Shown: positions 32,465-43,063 of the stretch, one piece after another | Layout: each line of letters opens with the position of its first letter | Position numbering within the stretch: the stretch's first letter is position 1 | DNA from: Blastocatellia bacterium | Lineage (GTDB): Bacteria > Acidobacteriota > Blastocatellia > UBA7656 | Direction of reading: 5' to 3' | Assembly (NCBI GenBank): GCA_963765495.1 | Contig: CAVXWP010000003.1 | Span: 160,001-224,000, forward strand | DNA: 64,000 nt | Notes under the pieces: generated by a model | The model's input: the letters and a program-made list of their open reading frames with translations, nothing else | Told to the model about the DNA's origin: nothing | The model's database searches: none | Position numbers and translations under genes: made by a program

Positions 32465-33886
32465 ATGAAGGAAAACGAATCGTTTGAAATTCTGATAGGA
32501 AGAGAACATCTGACAGTGTCAGGGGCGACGCTTGAGAAGTACAACCGGCCCGGCCCGCGTTACACCAGCTATCCGACCGCGCCCGAATGGACGGATGACC
32601 GTGACGGCGCGCGGTGGCGCGAAGCTCTAAAGCGACCCCGCGCGGCAACAGACCTCGCGCCGATGTCGCTCTATTTTCACATTCCCTTTTGCCAGTCTCT
32701 GTGTCTTTACTGCGGCTGCAATGTTTTCATCAGCAAAAATCACGATGTCAGCCGCCCGTACCTCGATCACCTGAAACGAGAGATAACCTGGGTGAGCGAG
32801 GAACTCGACCGGGCGCGAAGAGTAGAGCAGTTGCACTGGGGGGGCGGTACGCCTACCTATCTTTCCCCGGCAGAGATCGAAGACCTCTACGGCCACATCA
32901 GCGAGCGTTTTACTTTCGCCCCGGACGCCGAAATCAGCGTGGAAATAGATCCGCGCGCGACATCGGTCGAGCAATTGCAGGTGATGCGGCGACTGGGTTT
33001 CAATCGCGTCAGTCTCGGGATTCAGGATTTTGACCCCGTAGTTCAAAAGACCATTCGCCGCGTGCAGCCCTTCGAGATGACAAAGGATCTATTTGATTAC
33101 TGTCGCGAGCTTGGTTTTGAAAGCATCAATGTAGACTTGATTTACGGATTGCCTCATCAGACGGTCGAAAGCTTCCGCGATTCAATCGCTAAAATCATTT
33201 TTCTGAACCCGGATCGCATAGCCCTTTTCAGCTACGCGCACGTTCCGTGGATGAAGAAACAACAGGGGAGTTTTGCGCGGTTTCTTCCAGAAAGCGCAGA
33301 GAAGTTTCGCATCCTTGTGCGCGCAATCGAAGAGTTTACCGACGGAGGGTATCGCTATATTGGGCTGGATCATTTCGCCCGTCCCGATGATGAAATATGT
33401 CGCGCCCAGGACGAGCGCACGCTGCACAGAAATTTTCAAGGCTACACGACAAAGGCGGGATGCGACCTCTTCGGGATGGGCGTGAGCGCGATAAGCGCGA
33501 CCCGAGACGCCTACGCGCAGAACTGGCGCGAGTTGCCGAGCTATTACGAAGCCATAGATGGAGCGCGGTGGCCTGTGATGCGCGGGGTGCAACTCACGGA
33601 GGAAGACAGGTTGCGCCGCTCGGTGATCAACCGCATTCTCTGTCACTGTCTTGTAGAAAAGGACGAAATTGAAAGCGAGTTCGGGATCGGCTTTGACGAA
33701 CATTTCGCAAACGAACTCGACAGGCTCTTAGATCTTGAGCGTGACGGGCTTGTCAGTCTCTTTGACGACCGCATTGAAGTCCGGGCCCTGGGCCGCATCT
33801 TTATTCGCAATATCGCCATGCAATTTGACGCGTATCTGAACAGACCGGAGGTTGAACATAAACAGGTATTCTCTAAAACGCTTTAG
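32465..33886 (+). CDS. hemN: Oxygen-independent coproporphyrinogen III oxidase
   Basis: GPRYTSYPTA, HIPFCQSLCLYCGC radical SAM motif, GGGTP, RNFQGY. Confidence 0.96.
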   Translation: MKENESFEILIGREHLTVSGATLEKYNRPGPRYTSYPTAPEWTDDRDGARWREALKRPRAATDLAPMSLYFHIPFCQSLCLYCGCNVFISKNHDVSRPYLDHLKREITWVSEELDRARRVEQLHWGGGTPTYLSPAEIEDLYGHISERFTFAPDAEISVEIDPRATSVEQLQVMRRLGFNRVSLGIQDFDPVVQKTIRRVQPFEMTKDLFDYCRELGFESINVDLIYGLPHQTVESFRDSIAKIIFLNPDRIALFSYAHVPWMKKQQGSFARFLPESAEKFRILVRAIEEFTDGGYRYIGLDHFARPDDEICRAQDERTLHRNFQGYTTKAGCDLFGMGVSAISATRDAYAQNWRELPSYYEAIDGARWPVMRGVQLTEEDRLRRSVINRILCHCLVEKDEIESEFGIGFDEHFANELDRLLDLERDGLVSLFDDRIEVRALGRIFIRNIAMQFDAYLNRPEVEHKQVFSKTL

Positions 33887-33950
33887 AGAGCGCGACAACA
33901 GCTTCGCATCAAGGGTCCTGAAAGGAGAGCGACAGAAAGGAGAGCCCCCG

Positions 33951-34505
33951 ATGATCGGACCATTACATACACTCAAACATGAGCATCGCGTCATAGAGCG
34001 AACCCTGCGCGCGCTTGACGGAATGTGTAAGAGGCTACTCTGGGGCGAGCATGTTTCAGCCGATGCGCTGGCCCAGGTAGTCGATTTTATCAGCGCCTAT
34101 GCGGACGGCTTCCATCACAAAAAAGAGGAAGAATATCTCTTCCCGGCCCTTGCCGAACAGGGAATCGCTATCGAAGGCGGGCCTCTTGGCGTGATGAATC
34201 GCCAGCACGAATGCGAGCGCGAGCTTACATCTGAAATGATCGCGGCCATTGAAGCTTACAGAAGCCTCGACACTCACGCGAGCAGCCGCTTTGTGGAGGC
34301 CGCAATCAAATACATAGATTTTCTCATCGCTCATATGGAAAAAGAAGACAGCATGTTGTTCCGGCTCGCCGACGAGTTGCTGGAGGATGAGGAGAAGACC
34401 GCGCTCGGCGAGGCGTTCAAACAGGCCGAGCAACTCTTAACCCGTCGCACGGTTCAGGAATATGAGCAGATAGCATCCGCTCTGGAAGAGAGATGGGGCG
34501 TTTAG
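33951..34505 (+). CDS. Hemerythrin-like domain protein
   Basis: LKHEHRVI, HHKKEEEYLFP, H..KED..LF. Confidence 0.88.
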   Translation: MIGPLHTLKHEHRVIERTLRALDGMCKRLLWGEHVSADALAQVVDFISAYADGFHHKKEEEYLFPALAEQGIAIEGGPLGVMNRQHECERELTSEMIAAIEAYRSLDTHASSRFVEAAIKYIDFLIAHMEKEDSMLFRLADELLEDEEKTALGEAFKQAEQLLTRRTVQEYEQIASALEERWGV

Positions 34506-34607
34506 TGAAGTATGGATTGATGAGCGATGCGAGGACAGCCTCGCATCCGGGATTTCAAATCTCAAATTTCAAGTCTCAGATTTAATAAGTGCATGGAGAA
34601 AACAATC

Positions 34608-34802
34608 ATGATAGAAGCTACTTTAGTGCGTGAATGGGATTCAGACGCGTTTCATAATCGGGTACGGGAGCTGGAGAGTCAGGGTTTTGACGCGATACAG
34701 GAGACCTATCGCATCATACCTGAGATGAATCCCGAAAACGGGCAGATCATTCATCTATACTCTATCGAGATGCAAAAGCCCTACGAGGTGGAATCAGAAT
34801 GA
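34608..34802 (+). CDS. Small hypothetical protein (64 aa)
   Basis: GGAG RBS, protein-like composition. Confidence 0.55.
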   Translation: MIEATLVREWDSDAFHNRVRELESQGFDAIQETYRIIPEMNPENGQIIHLYSIEMQKPYEVESE

Positions 34803-34832
34803 TACCTTGTCGCGCTCGCCTTTATGACCGGC

Positions 34833-35876
34833 TCAGTAACCTTCTCCCTCTTCGAGCGAGACCTTGCCTCTGAAAGAGCGGTACAGGTAAACGAAATAAC
34901 CTGTGGCCATGATTATTCCGATCAGCCACCATACAAGCCCGACCGACAGCCCGTACTGATTGCTCGCCGTATTGTAAATCGTCAGGCTGTACTGGTCGCC
35001 CGTGCTCGCGGGCAACACATAAGGGTAAAGCCCAAAGGCCGCGCCGCAAAGCATCCCCGCGATATAGGCCGTTGAGGAGAGAAAGGCTGCAAAGTCGCGG
35101 CCTCGGGCTCGGAAGAGATGCATCGCAGCAAGCGAGCCGACTACAACGAGTGGGAATACCGCGCCCCACACTCGCGTTTTGTAGTTATCGAGCATCTGCG
35201 GGCGCACGTAAAGGGTTGCTATCAGGCTGAGAATCGTCAGCGCGACAAGCAAGGATGACGAAAAGGCCGCCACGCGCCTAGCCCGAAGATTTATATCGCC
35301 TTCGGTCTTTGTGGCAATGTAATGCGCGCCATGTGTAGTGAGCGTTGCGAGAGCCACTACCCCTGTCAGCACCGTGTACCAGTCGAGTATGCCCGGCTGA
35401 TCGGTGACGGTAAAAGTCGTCCAGAGAGCCTCAAAGAAGTACCCTTCCGCGTTTAGCGGCACGCCACGGATGACGTTTCCAATTGCCGCGCCGAAAAAGA
35501 TCGCAAGCAACAGGCTCGAACCCGTAAAGATAAAATCATAAAATGACCGCCACAGATTATCGTCTATATGAGAACGCAATTCGATCCCGACGGCGCGAAG
35601 CATCAAAAGCCACAGCACCATCATTAAAGGCAGATAAAACCCGCTGAAACTCGAAGCGTAAAGCAGAGGAAAGGCAAAATAGAGAGCGCCGCCTGCGGCA
35701 AGCAGCCAGACTTCGTTGCCGTCCCACACAGGCCCGATTGCTCTCAGAACGCTTCGGCGTTCCTCATCCGTTTTTGCTACGAGCGGGTGGATTATCCCCG
35801 CGCCCAGATCGAAACCGTCCAGCACCACGTAACAGGCCAGCATGAAAGCTACTAAGATAAACCATAGAGTCGCCAT
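34833..35876 (-). CDS. cydB: Cytochrome bd ubiquinol oxidase subunit II
   Basis: LDGFDLGAG, GPVWDGNEVWL. Confidence 0.96.
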   Translation of the reverse strand: MATLWFILVAFMLACYVVLDGFDLGAGIIHPLVAKTDEERRSVLRAIGPVWDGNEVWLLAAGGALYFAFPLLYASSFSGFYLPLMMVLWLLMLRAVGIELRSHIDDNLWRSFYDFIFTGSSLLLAIFFGAAIGNVIRGVPLNAEGYFFEALWTTFTVTDQPGILDWYTVLTGVVALATLTTHGAHYIATKTEGDINLRARRVAAFSSSLLVALTILSLIATLYVRPQMLDNYKTRVWGAVFPLVVVGSLAAMHLFRARGRDFAAFLSSTAYIAGMLCGAAFGLYPYVLPASTGDQYSLTIYNTASNQYGLSVGLVWWLIGIIMATGYFVYLYRSFRGKVSLEEGEGY

Positions 35877-35889
35877 CGCTTTTCTCCTT

Positions 35890-37269
35890 TCACTTTCCCG
35901 CGGGTTCGGGCGCGTATTTTGATTCCGGCGCATCTGCCGCTTCCGTCTGAGCAGGACCGGGGCCGTGCGCGACCTCGCGCATAATCAGGTAGAGAAACAG
36001 AACCCCGAGCACCAGATACATCCCCATAAATCCGAGCAGCGTAAACAACCCGTTGCCCGCCGACACGGTAGGCGAAAACCCGTGCTCGGTTCTCATCAAT
36101 CCATAAACGAGCCACGGCTGGCGGCCTACTTCGGCGGTGATCCACCCGGCTGTGTTTGCGATGTAAGGAAATGGAAAACTCAACATCAGAATCCATAACA
36201 TCCATCGGGTATCAAACAATTTTTTGCGCCAGAGCAGAAAGCCTGAAACGACCATGACGGCTATAAAGATCGTGCCGAGGCCGACCATTATGTGATAGCT
36301 GTAGTAGATGAGCGAGATATTATCGGGCCACTGGTCGCGCGGAAAATCGTTCAATCCCTTCACCTCGGCATCCCACCTGCGATGGGTCATAAAACTTAGC
36401 ATGTGCGGTACGGCGAGCGGGTTATCCAGATGCTGGGTCTCAACGTTTGGCTGCCCTATGATGACTATCGGCGCGCCCCGTTCGGTGTCGAAATGGCCTT
36501 CCATCGCCGCAAAGGTTACAGGCTGATAATTTGCGACCATCTTCGAGTGTGAATCGCCTGTGGGGAATGATTGAATCACAGAAGCCGCAAGCCCCGCGAT
36601 CACGCCCATCTTCAAGAAGAGACGGCCCAATTCTTCGTGCTTCTTTGAAAGCACATAGAAGGCTCCGACCGCCGCCATCACGAATGCTCCTGTGATGAGA
36701 GCGCCGATCATATTGTGAGCATACTGCCAGCCAGCCCACGGATTGAGCAACAACCCCCAGAAGCTTGTCAGATAAGCCGTGCCGTCGCTTGCGATGGCGT
36801 ATGCTACCGGGTGCTGCATCCACGCGTCCGTGGCTATGATGAAATACCCTGAAAGCCACGAGCCCGCAAAGACCAGGAAAGCGGCGACCCAGTGAAGTTT
36901 CGGCCCGAGCCGTTTCTCGCCGAAAAGGAATAGCCCCAGAAAAGATGATTCAAGAAAGAAGGCAAATACGCCTTCCATAGCCAGAGTCGTTGCGATGACT
37001 CCGCCGGAGTAATGCGAAAACCTCGCCCAGTTGGTTCCGAATTGAAACTCCATAGGTATGCCGGTGATGACGCCGAACAGAAAATTGACGCCGAATATCT
37101 TTGCCCAGAAACGGGCGGCGCGGTTGTAGCGATCATCTTTTTTCCACATGGCGAGCGTTTTAAACAGGACGATCAGCGGGGCAAGCCCCATGGTCAGTTG
37201 GGGGAAGAGGTAATGAAACGTGATGGTGAAAGCAAAGTGCAGCCTGTCTATGATTAAAGCGCTATCCAC
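35890..37269 (-). CDS. cydA: Cytochrome bd ubiquinol oxidase subunit I
   Basis: FHYLF, MEFQFGTNW, EVGRQPW. Confidence 0.96.
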   Translation of the reverse strand: MDSALIIDRLHFAFTITFHYLFPQLTMGLAPLIVLFKTLAMWKKDDRYNRAARFWAKIFGVNFLFGVITGIPMEFQFGTNWARFSHYSGGVIATTLAMEGVFAFFLESSFLGLFLFGEKRLGPKLHWVAAFLVFAGSWLSGYFIIATDAWMQHPVAYAIASDGTAYLTSFWGLLLNPWAGWQYAHNMIGALITGAFVMAAVGAFYVLSKKHEELGRLFLKMGVIAGLAASVIQSFPTGDSHSKMVANYQPVTFAAMEGHFDTERGAPIVIIGQPNVETQHLDNPLAVPHMLSFMTHRRWDAEVKGLNDFPRDQWPDNISLIYYSYHIMVGLGTIFIAVMVVSGFLLWRKKLFDTRWMLWILMLSFPFPYIANTAGWITAEVGRQPWLVYGLMRTEHGFSPTVSAGNGLFTLLGFMGMYLVLGVLFLYLIMREVAHGPGPAQTEAADAPESKYAPEPAGK

Positions 37270-37386
37270 AATTTTTCCTCCCGGCGGGCGCGGTGATTTC
37301 TCGCGCCTTATTCTTGATTGCTCTTAATTTTCCTTGATCTTCTGTTTGATCGGGCCGGTTATAAAGATTCAAACAACCGTCAGAAC

Positions 37387-39375
37387 CTAATGGAGCATCT
37401 CGGCAAGCGCCTTTAAAAGCTTCTCGCCCGAGTAGGGCTTTGACAAAAAGATTTTCACACCTGTGCCGCGCGCGTCACTCATTCTGGCATTTTCGGCGAG
37501 CCCGCTGCTTGCGATGATCTTAACCTGAGGGTCCATTTTTTGCAGGGCGCGAATCGTGGCCGGCCCGTCCATATAAGGCATCATCATGTCGGTAATCACC
37601 ACTTTGATCTCGTCCCGGTGCTGGGCATAAACCGCAATGGCTTCTGTGCCGTCGCTCGCCGTGACCACTCGATAACCGTAAGTTTCGAGCGTCGCCTTTG
37701 CGATTTCACGGATGGCAGCCTCGTCATCGACTATGAGTATCAACTCGCCATTGCCTCGCGGCAGATCAGACGAACCCCCTTCACCCTGCGATGCTTTTGA
37801 GATACGGACCGCCGGGATATGAATCTTGAACTGGGTCCCGCGTCCCACCTCGCTATAGACGGTAATAAATCCCCCGTGGCCTTTGACAATTCCCGTAGCC
37901 GTAGACAGCCCCAGCCCCGTCCCCTTGCTGTGCTCTTTGGTCGTAAAGAAAGGCTCGAATATTTTATTTATGATCTCGGGCGGAATGCCCGTTCCCGTGT
38001 CTGAAATGGAGAGCGCCACATAAGGGCCGGGGCTCGCTTCCAGATTCATGCGAGCATAATTGGCGTCTATGGCGGTGTTTTCGGCCCTGATCGTGAGTTT
38101 GCCGCCGTGCGGCATGGAATCGCGCGCGTTCACGCAGAAATTCATCAAAACCTGATGCAATTGCGTAGGGTCGCCCGCGACCACCCATAAATCTTCCGGC
38201 ACTTCGCAACCGACTTCGATTGATCTGGGGATCGTGTCTTTCAATATCTTCACAATCTCGAGAATAAGGTGTCGGGGTTGGAGCGTTACACGCTGTCCTT
38301 CTGCGCCTCTGGCAAACGAGAGCACCTGTTTGACCAGCCCCGCCCCCCGCTCTGCGCTTGCCCTGAGCAAAGCGAGCAGTCGCTGACTGTCCTCGTCGGT
38401 GTAGCGCTCCTCAAGCATGCGGATCGCCATGATGATAGGCGAAAGCAGATTGTTAAAATCGTGCGCTATGCCGCTTGCCAGCGTGCCTATGCTCTCCATT
38501 CGTTGTGCGCGCAGGAACTGGGATTCGATCTTTTTCTTATCAGTAATATCCGTATTTATCACCAGCACCGAAACAGGGGTTTTGCCTTCATCGCGCACAA
38601 GCGTCCAGCGGCTTTCGACGATGATCTCGGTGTTGTTTCTGGTCAACTGTCTAAGCTCGCCTTTCCACTTCCCGCTTTCGAGGAGTTCCTGCTTTGCCCT
38701 GTCAAAGTGCTCAAGGTTTTCTCCGAAGATTTCCTGCGCCGATCTGCCCGTTACCTCCGAAGCATGCCAGCCATAGATTCGTTCGGCGCTACGATTCCAG
38801 TACAAAATCTGGTCTTCCAGATCGCGCACTAAAATCGCATCCTGCGCGTTGTCGAGCAGGGCCGCCTGCTGGCGCAACCGCTCTTCGGCCTGCTTGCGCT
38901 CGGTGATGTCATTGCGGATCGCTACATACTGATAGGGCTTTCCATCATCGTTCAGGAAAGGCACAATCGTCGTATCCACCCAGTAAATGGTTCCGTCCTT
39001 TGCCAGATTTCTGATCTCGCCTTTCCACACCCTGCCGCCTGCGATAGTGACCCAGAGATTTCTGATAAACTCTTTCGGGTGATAACCGGAGTTGATTATG
39101 CGATGATCCTGTCCGAGCAATTCTTCTCTGGAATATTTGGAGATTTCGCAGAACTTGTCGTTTACAAATTTGATTATGCCTGTCTGATCGGTTATCGCTA
39201 CAATCGAGGATTCATCGAGCGCAAACTTCAGATCGGCAAGCTCCTTGAGCGATCTCTTTAATACCTCCGATGAAGCAGACTCCATCTCGCGGGCCAGGTC
39301 CGTCCCATTGGATTGAGTTGAGGGTGATTCGTCTTTTTCAGTCTTAATCATTCGAGATTCGAGCGGCTTGTCCAA
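37387..39375 (-). CDS. PAS-PAS hybrid sensor histidine kinase with C-terminal receiver
   Basis: Two PAS/PAC domains, H-box IAHDFNNLL, GTGLGL, receiver IVDDE...DMMMP. Start may be ATG 39351. Confidence 0.92.
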   Translation of the reverse strand: MDKPLESRMIKTEKDESPSTQSNGTDLAREMESASSEVLKRSLKELADLKFALDESSIVAITDQTGIIKFVNDKFCEISKYSREELLGQDHRIINSGYHPKEFIRNLWVTIAGGRVWKGEIRNLAKDGTIYWVDTTIVPFLNDDGKPYQYVAIRNDITERKQAEERLRQQAALLDNAQDAILVRDLEDQILYWNRSAERIYGWHASEVTGRSAQEIFGENLEHFDRAKQELLESGKWKGELRQLTRNNTEIIVESRWTLVRDEGKTPVSVLVINTDITDKKKIESQFLRAQRMESIGTLASGIAHDFNNLLSPIIMAIRMLEERYTDEDSQRLLALLRASAERGAGLVKQVLSFARGAEGQRVTLQPRHLILEIVKILKDTIPRSIEVGCEVPEDLWVVAGDPTQLHQVLMNFCVNARDSMPHGGKLTIRAENTAIDANYARMNLEASPGPYVALSISDTGTGIPPEIINKIFEPFFTTKEHSKGTGLGLSTATGIVKGHGGFITVYSEVGRGTQFKIHIPAVRISKASQGEGGSSDLPRGNGELILIVDDEAAIREIAKATLETYGYRVVTASDGTEAIAVYAQHRDEIKVVITDMMMPYMDGPATIRALQKMDPQVKIIASSGLAENARMSDARGTGVKIFLSKPYSGEKLLKALAEMLH

Positions 39376-39479
39376 ACTTCGCCTTAGCGACTTCAGTATA
39401 TAAGGCCGGATGCCGATTTTATACTACAAACCTGATATTGATTAAACAAGCATCAAAGCAGGCAGGAGTTCATCAATAG

Positions 39480-39545
39480 CCACAGGGGCGCAGCAGGCAC
39501 AGAGAAAAGATTATAAAAAACTCTGTGTCTGCTGTGTCTCTGTGG
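39480..39545. repeat. Imperfect palindrome built from 9-bp units
   Basis: CCACAGGGGCGCAGCAGGCACAGAG ... CTCTGTGTCTGCTGTGTCTCTGTGG. Confidence 0.65.
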
Positions 39546-39565
39546 TAAATTTTCTACCTTTCTTT

Positions 39566-39985
39566 CTATTTCTCTTCAACGCCAGTCATCTCTGTGACGC
39601 GGATGCGAAAGATGATTACGGAAGACTGACCATCGTGCACGGGAACCGATTCGACGGGCGTCAGTTGAGGAAAGCGCGAAAGCAGGCGACGCGCAGCCCA
39701 TCTGCGTTCGGCATCATCGGTTATCTCTTCATAAAGGCCAAAGGCTATCGCGCTTTTCCAGTGAAGATCATCCTGAACATCTTCGATTTGAAAACAGGCG
39801 CGCGGGTTGGCGCGCAACGCGCGGACCTTGCGCCCTACCAGCGAGTGGATATAAATATCGCCGTCGTGAAAGACGTAATTGACCGGGACTATGTATGGTC
39901 CGTCTTCTACGACGCAGCCGAGTCGTCCCGTGCGAGCCTGGCCAAACATCTTTCGCGTTTCATCCTTGCTCAAGGGCCTGATCAA
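39566..39985 (-). CDS. Pyridoxamine 5'-phosphate oxidase-like (NimA-like) flavin-binding protein
   Basis: GRLGC...PYIVPVNY...GRK...NPRACF...WKS. TTG start follows GAGGAGG. Confidence 0.85.
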   Translation of the reverse strand: MIRPLSKDETRKMFGQARTGRLGCVVEDGPYIVPVNYVFHDGDIYIHSLVGRKVRALRANPRACFQIEDVQDDLHWKSAIAFGLYEEITDDAERRWAARRLLSRFPQLTPVESVPVHDGQSSVIIFRIRVTEMTGVEEK

Positions 39986-40009
39986 AACGAATCCTCCTCT
40001 CAACCCAGT

Positions 40010-40065
40010 TTAATACAGAGGGCTTAATACAAAGGGCTTAATACAAAGGGCTTAATACAAAGGCC
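40010..40065. repeat. 14-bp tandem repeat x4 (TTAATACAAAGGGC)
   Basis: Unit corresponds to the stop-codon end of the upstream usp gene. Confidence 0.85.
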
Positions 40066-40522
40066 GAGACGCGAGATCGCGAGCGCGCACTATTTCGACC
40101 GAGCACCGGGCGTGTGAGGCGACGGCTTGCGATACGGAGCCAAGCCATAATTTCGTAAGCCCGCGATAGCCGTGCGAGCCTACGACAATCAAATCGGCCT
40201 CCCAGCGGTTCGCCTCATCCGTTATTACATGCTTTGGATAACCCGAAAGCACTTCGGTGGTAATTTTCAGATTTTCTCCCTGTTCCCGGCGCAGCTTTTC
40301 AGCCGCCTTGTTTACCGCCTGATTCGCCTGATTTTCGATAAACTGTTCCATCTCTTCGAAGTAAGAGTTATTTGGAACCCACCCTTCGACCACCGGAATC
40401 ACCGGAACCTCCATTACCGAAACAATCTTCACCTCGGTCTCTTTTGGCCAGGGTTTGTTTGCCACTTCATCCACCGCCGCTTCGCTGAATTTGGAACCGT
40501 CAGTAGCCAGTAAGATTTTCAT
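40052..40522 (-). CDS. Universal stress protein
   Basis: MKILLATDGS, DLIVVGSHG, LGSVS. Confidence 0.93.
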   Translation of the reverse strand: MKILLATDGSKFSEAAVDEVANKPWPKETEVKIVSVMEVPVIPVVEGWVPNNSYFEEMEQFIENQANQAVNKAAEKLRREQGENLKITTEVLSGYPKHVITDEANRWEADLIVVGSHGYRGLTKLWLGSVSQAVASHARCSVEIVRARDLASRPLY

Positions 40523-41487
40523 CTCAAACCTCCTTTCATCGCGTCGACGCGGGTCGCTGAAGCATATCCATCCTCCCGCCCGGCCATATTCGGTTTGAGC
40601 GGTCTTGCTATCAAAACAGGGCAGGGAGCCTGTCTGAGTACGCGGTCCGCGTTTGAGCCGAAGAGCGCCCGCATGCCAAACCCGGTGCCGCTTGCGCCCA
40701 GACAGATCAAGTCTACCCTCTGATCTTCGGCGTGATTCAGGATCTCTCTGTAGGGGTGTCCTTCGACCACGTGTTGTTTAACATCGCACCATAACCGCGC
40801 TTCATCCGAGACGGCCAGGTTCAATCTTTTCATTACCTCGTCAAAAGATGCGCTGGTGCTTGTGGGAAGAAAAGTTATTTCGGGTGATTCCCCCTTTGCG
40901 CGAGGCGGCATGATATGGAGTATCTGAAGTTCGGCCTGATACTCTTGCGCGAGCGACAGTCCGTAGGCAAGCGCCAGTTCGGAATCAATCGAAAAGTCAT
41001 ATCCAACGAGCAGGCGTTTCAAACCCACTTCATTTGTTTCAATGCCTTCCCACGCTTGCTCGCGTGGGTGAGTGACCATCACGGGACAGGGCGCTGTCCG
41101 GCATACGGCTTCGGCGGTCGAGCCGAGCAGGGCAGCCGCAAGCGGTCGCCTGCGAGATCGCATAACGATCAAATCTATTGCCCGTTTAGCCGCTTCCTGC
41201 GGGATGGCTGTCTGCGGGTTGCCTTCGACAATGATGACCTCGGAATCAACGGCTGTAAGGGCAGGAAGGCAGGTTTGCTTCTCGATCTGGTCTTTAAGAC
41301 CCTCCCTGAGGTGGTGGTAATCTATGCCGCTCACTATCTCATCTTCGGTGATGGAATGTATCACCGTAAGCTTTGCTTCGTAAGCCCTCGAAAGAGCTAT
41401 GGCGTAGCGTAAAGCTTCGTCAGAGTCGGGGATCAATCCTATAGGACATAATATGCGCTTGAAGTTGATTCGCTTATCAGTTTTCAT
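40519..41487 (-). CDS. Tandem-domain universal stress protein
   Basis: Two USP domains (LGSTAEAV..APCPV; FGSNADRV..APCPV). Confidence 0.92.
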   Translation of the reverse strand: MKTDKRINFKRILCPIGLIPDSDEALRYAIALSRAYEAKLTVIHSITEDEIVSGIDYHHLREGLKDQIEKQTCLPALTAVDSEVIIVEGNPQTAIPQEAAKRAIDLIVMRSRRRPLAAALLGSTAEAVCRTAPCPVMVTHPREQAWEGIETNEVGLKRLLVGYDFSIDSELALAYGLSLAQEYQAELQILHIMPPRAKGESPEITFLPTSTSASFDEVMKRLNLAVSDEARLWCDVKQHVVEGHPYREILNHAEDQRVDLICLGASGTGFGMRALFGSNADRVLRQAPCPVLIARPLKPNMAGREDGYASATRVDAMKGGLR

Positions 41488-41535
41488 GGATTATATCGCT
41501 GCGAAAGGCAGCGCCCTCCTTCCAGCCGTTCAAGA

Positions 41536-41551
41536 AGCAACGTATGTGCCG
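41536..41551 (-). promoter_or_regulatory. sigma54 promoter of the usp operon
   Basis: Minus strand CGGCACATACGTTGCT, near consensus; upstream sites at 41592-41630. Confidence 0.75.
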
Positions 41552-41629
41552 CTAAGAAACGCCCGGAACTGAAAGCGGAATCAATGTCGGTTGCGGAATA
41601 TGACCTATCAGACAGCGGATAATTTCGCA

Positions 41630-43063
41630 CTAACCGGCGTGGGAATCAGAGGCTTCTTCGAGCTTTTTCAAACGGTAGCGCAACTGGTCGCGCGATATGC
41701 CAAGCAATTCGGCGGCGCGTGTTTGATTGCCGCCGCTCATCTCAAGGGCCTGAGCGACAAGCGACATCTCCATCTCATCTAACACGATTCCGCTTTGAGG
41801 AAGGCGAAAGCCGTATGATTGCCCTAATTCCTGCGACCCCACAGACGCAGGAGCGGTGGTCTGTCTGATCTCGTCTTCGGAGGCGAGCCCGCGCGGCAGA
41901 TAGGTGTCGGTTATCAGGTCTTCATCTTCGAGAATCATTACGCGCTCAATCACGTTGCGAAGTTCACGGACATTTCCCGGCCAGTTGTAGCGCAGAAAAA
42001 TCTTTGAGACTTCGGGGCTGAGACCGGCGACCCGTCTTCGCAATCGCTCGTTGAAATATTTTATGTAGTGCTCGGCAAGCAGGAGGACATCCTCGGCCCT
42101 CTCTCTGAGCGGCGGAATATCTATTTGAATCACAGAGAGCCTGTAATACAGGTCCACGCGGAAGCGGGCGGCTTCGCTTTCGCTCTTGAGGTCTTTGTTT
42201 GAAGCGGCGATTACGCGCACATCAAGCGGGATGTCCTTTAGCCCTCCGACGCGGCGGAAGGCTCCTTCCTCAAGTACGCGAAGCAGCTTTGCCTGCAAGC
42301 CAAGCTCAAGCTCGCCGATCTCATCAAGGAAGAGCGAGCCCTCTTCGGCCTGCTCAAACAGACCCTCCTTTCGCGCCTTCGCGTCGGTGAATGCTCCCTT
42401 TTCATAGCCGAAGAGTTCCGATTCGATCAGGTTGGCAGGGATCGCGGCGCAATTTATGGCGACGAAGGGAGAGTCGGCGCGGCGCGAACTGTAGTGGATT
42501 GCCTTCGCCACCATATCCTTGCCGGTCCCGGATTCGCCCTGAAGCAGGACGGAGGAGGCTTCGCTTTCAGCCACCTTGCGCGCAAGGTGAAGCATGGCGC
42601 GCATCCCTGGCGATTCGCCTATGATCTGGTCAAAGCTGAACTGCCGGGCGCGCTCGCCTCTAAGGACGCGGACCTCTTTGCGAAGCGATTGAGCTTCGAT
42701 GCCGTTGCGAATCGTCACCTGAAGCTCTTCAAGATTGATGGGCTTGCCTATAAAGTCGTAAGCGCCTCCGCGCAACGCGGCTATTGTGTCGGAGACCTGT
42801 ACATTGCCGGTTATCATTATCACTACCGCGTCGGGCTGGCGTCGTTTTATCTCAAGCAGTATATCGAGGCCGGAGCTATCTGGCAGATTTATGTCAAGCA
42901 ACACGGCCGAAGGCTGTTCGGAATCGAAGGCCGCAAGCCCCGCCCCGCCCGAACTCGCTTCGACGGAATTATATCTCCAGTTTCGGAGGGCTTCCGTGAG
43001 CGACCATCGAACCAGCGGATCATCATCCACAATGAGGATTGTCTCTTTTGTCATTTTCTTCAT
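41630..43063 (-). CDS. sigma54-dependent response regulator (NtrC/AtoC/ZraR family)
   Basis: Receiver domain, [21 protein letters not shown], Fis-type HTH. Confidence 0.95.
   Translation of the reverse strand: MKKMTKETILIVDDDPLVRWSLTEALRNWRYNSVEASSGGAGLAAFDSEQPSAVLLDINLPDSSGLDILLEIKRRQPDAVVIMITGNVQVSDTIAALRGGAYDFIGKPINLEELQVTIRNGIEAQSLRKEVRVLRGERARQFSFDQIIGESPGMRAMLHLARKVAESEASSVLLQGESGTGKDMVAKAIHYSSRRADSPFVAINCAAIPANLIESELFGYEKGAFTDAKARKEGLFEQAEEGSLFLDEIGELELGLQAKLLRVLEEGAFRRVGGLKDIPLDVRVIAASNKDLKSESEAARFRVDLYYRLSVIQIDIPPLRERAEDVLLLAEHYIKYFNERLRRRVAGLSPEVSKIFLRYNWPGNVRELRNVIERVMILEDEDLITDTYLPRGLASEDEIRQTTAPASVGSQELGQSYGFRLPQSGIVLDEMEMSLVAQALEMSGGNQTRAAELLGISRDQLRYRLKKLEEASDSHAG

Noticed and set aside
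37310-37352. FNR box upstream of cydA
   Set aside because: Three TTGAT half-sites in direct orientation but no TTGAT-N4-ATCAA palindrome.
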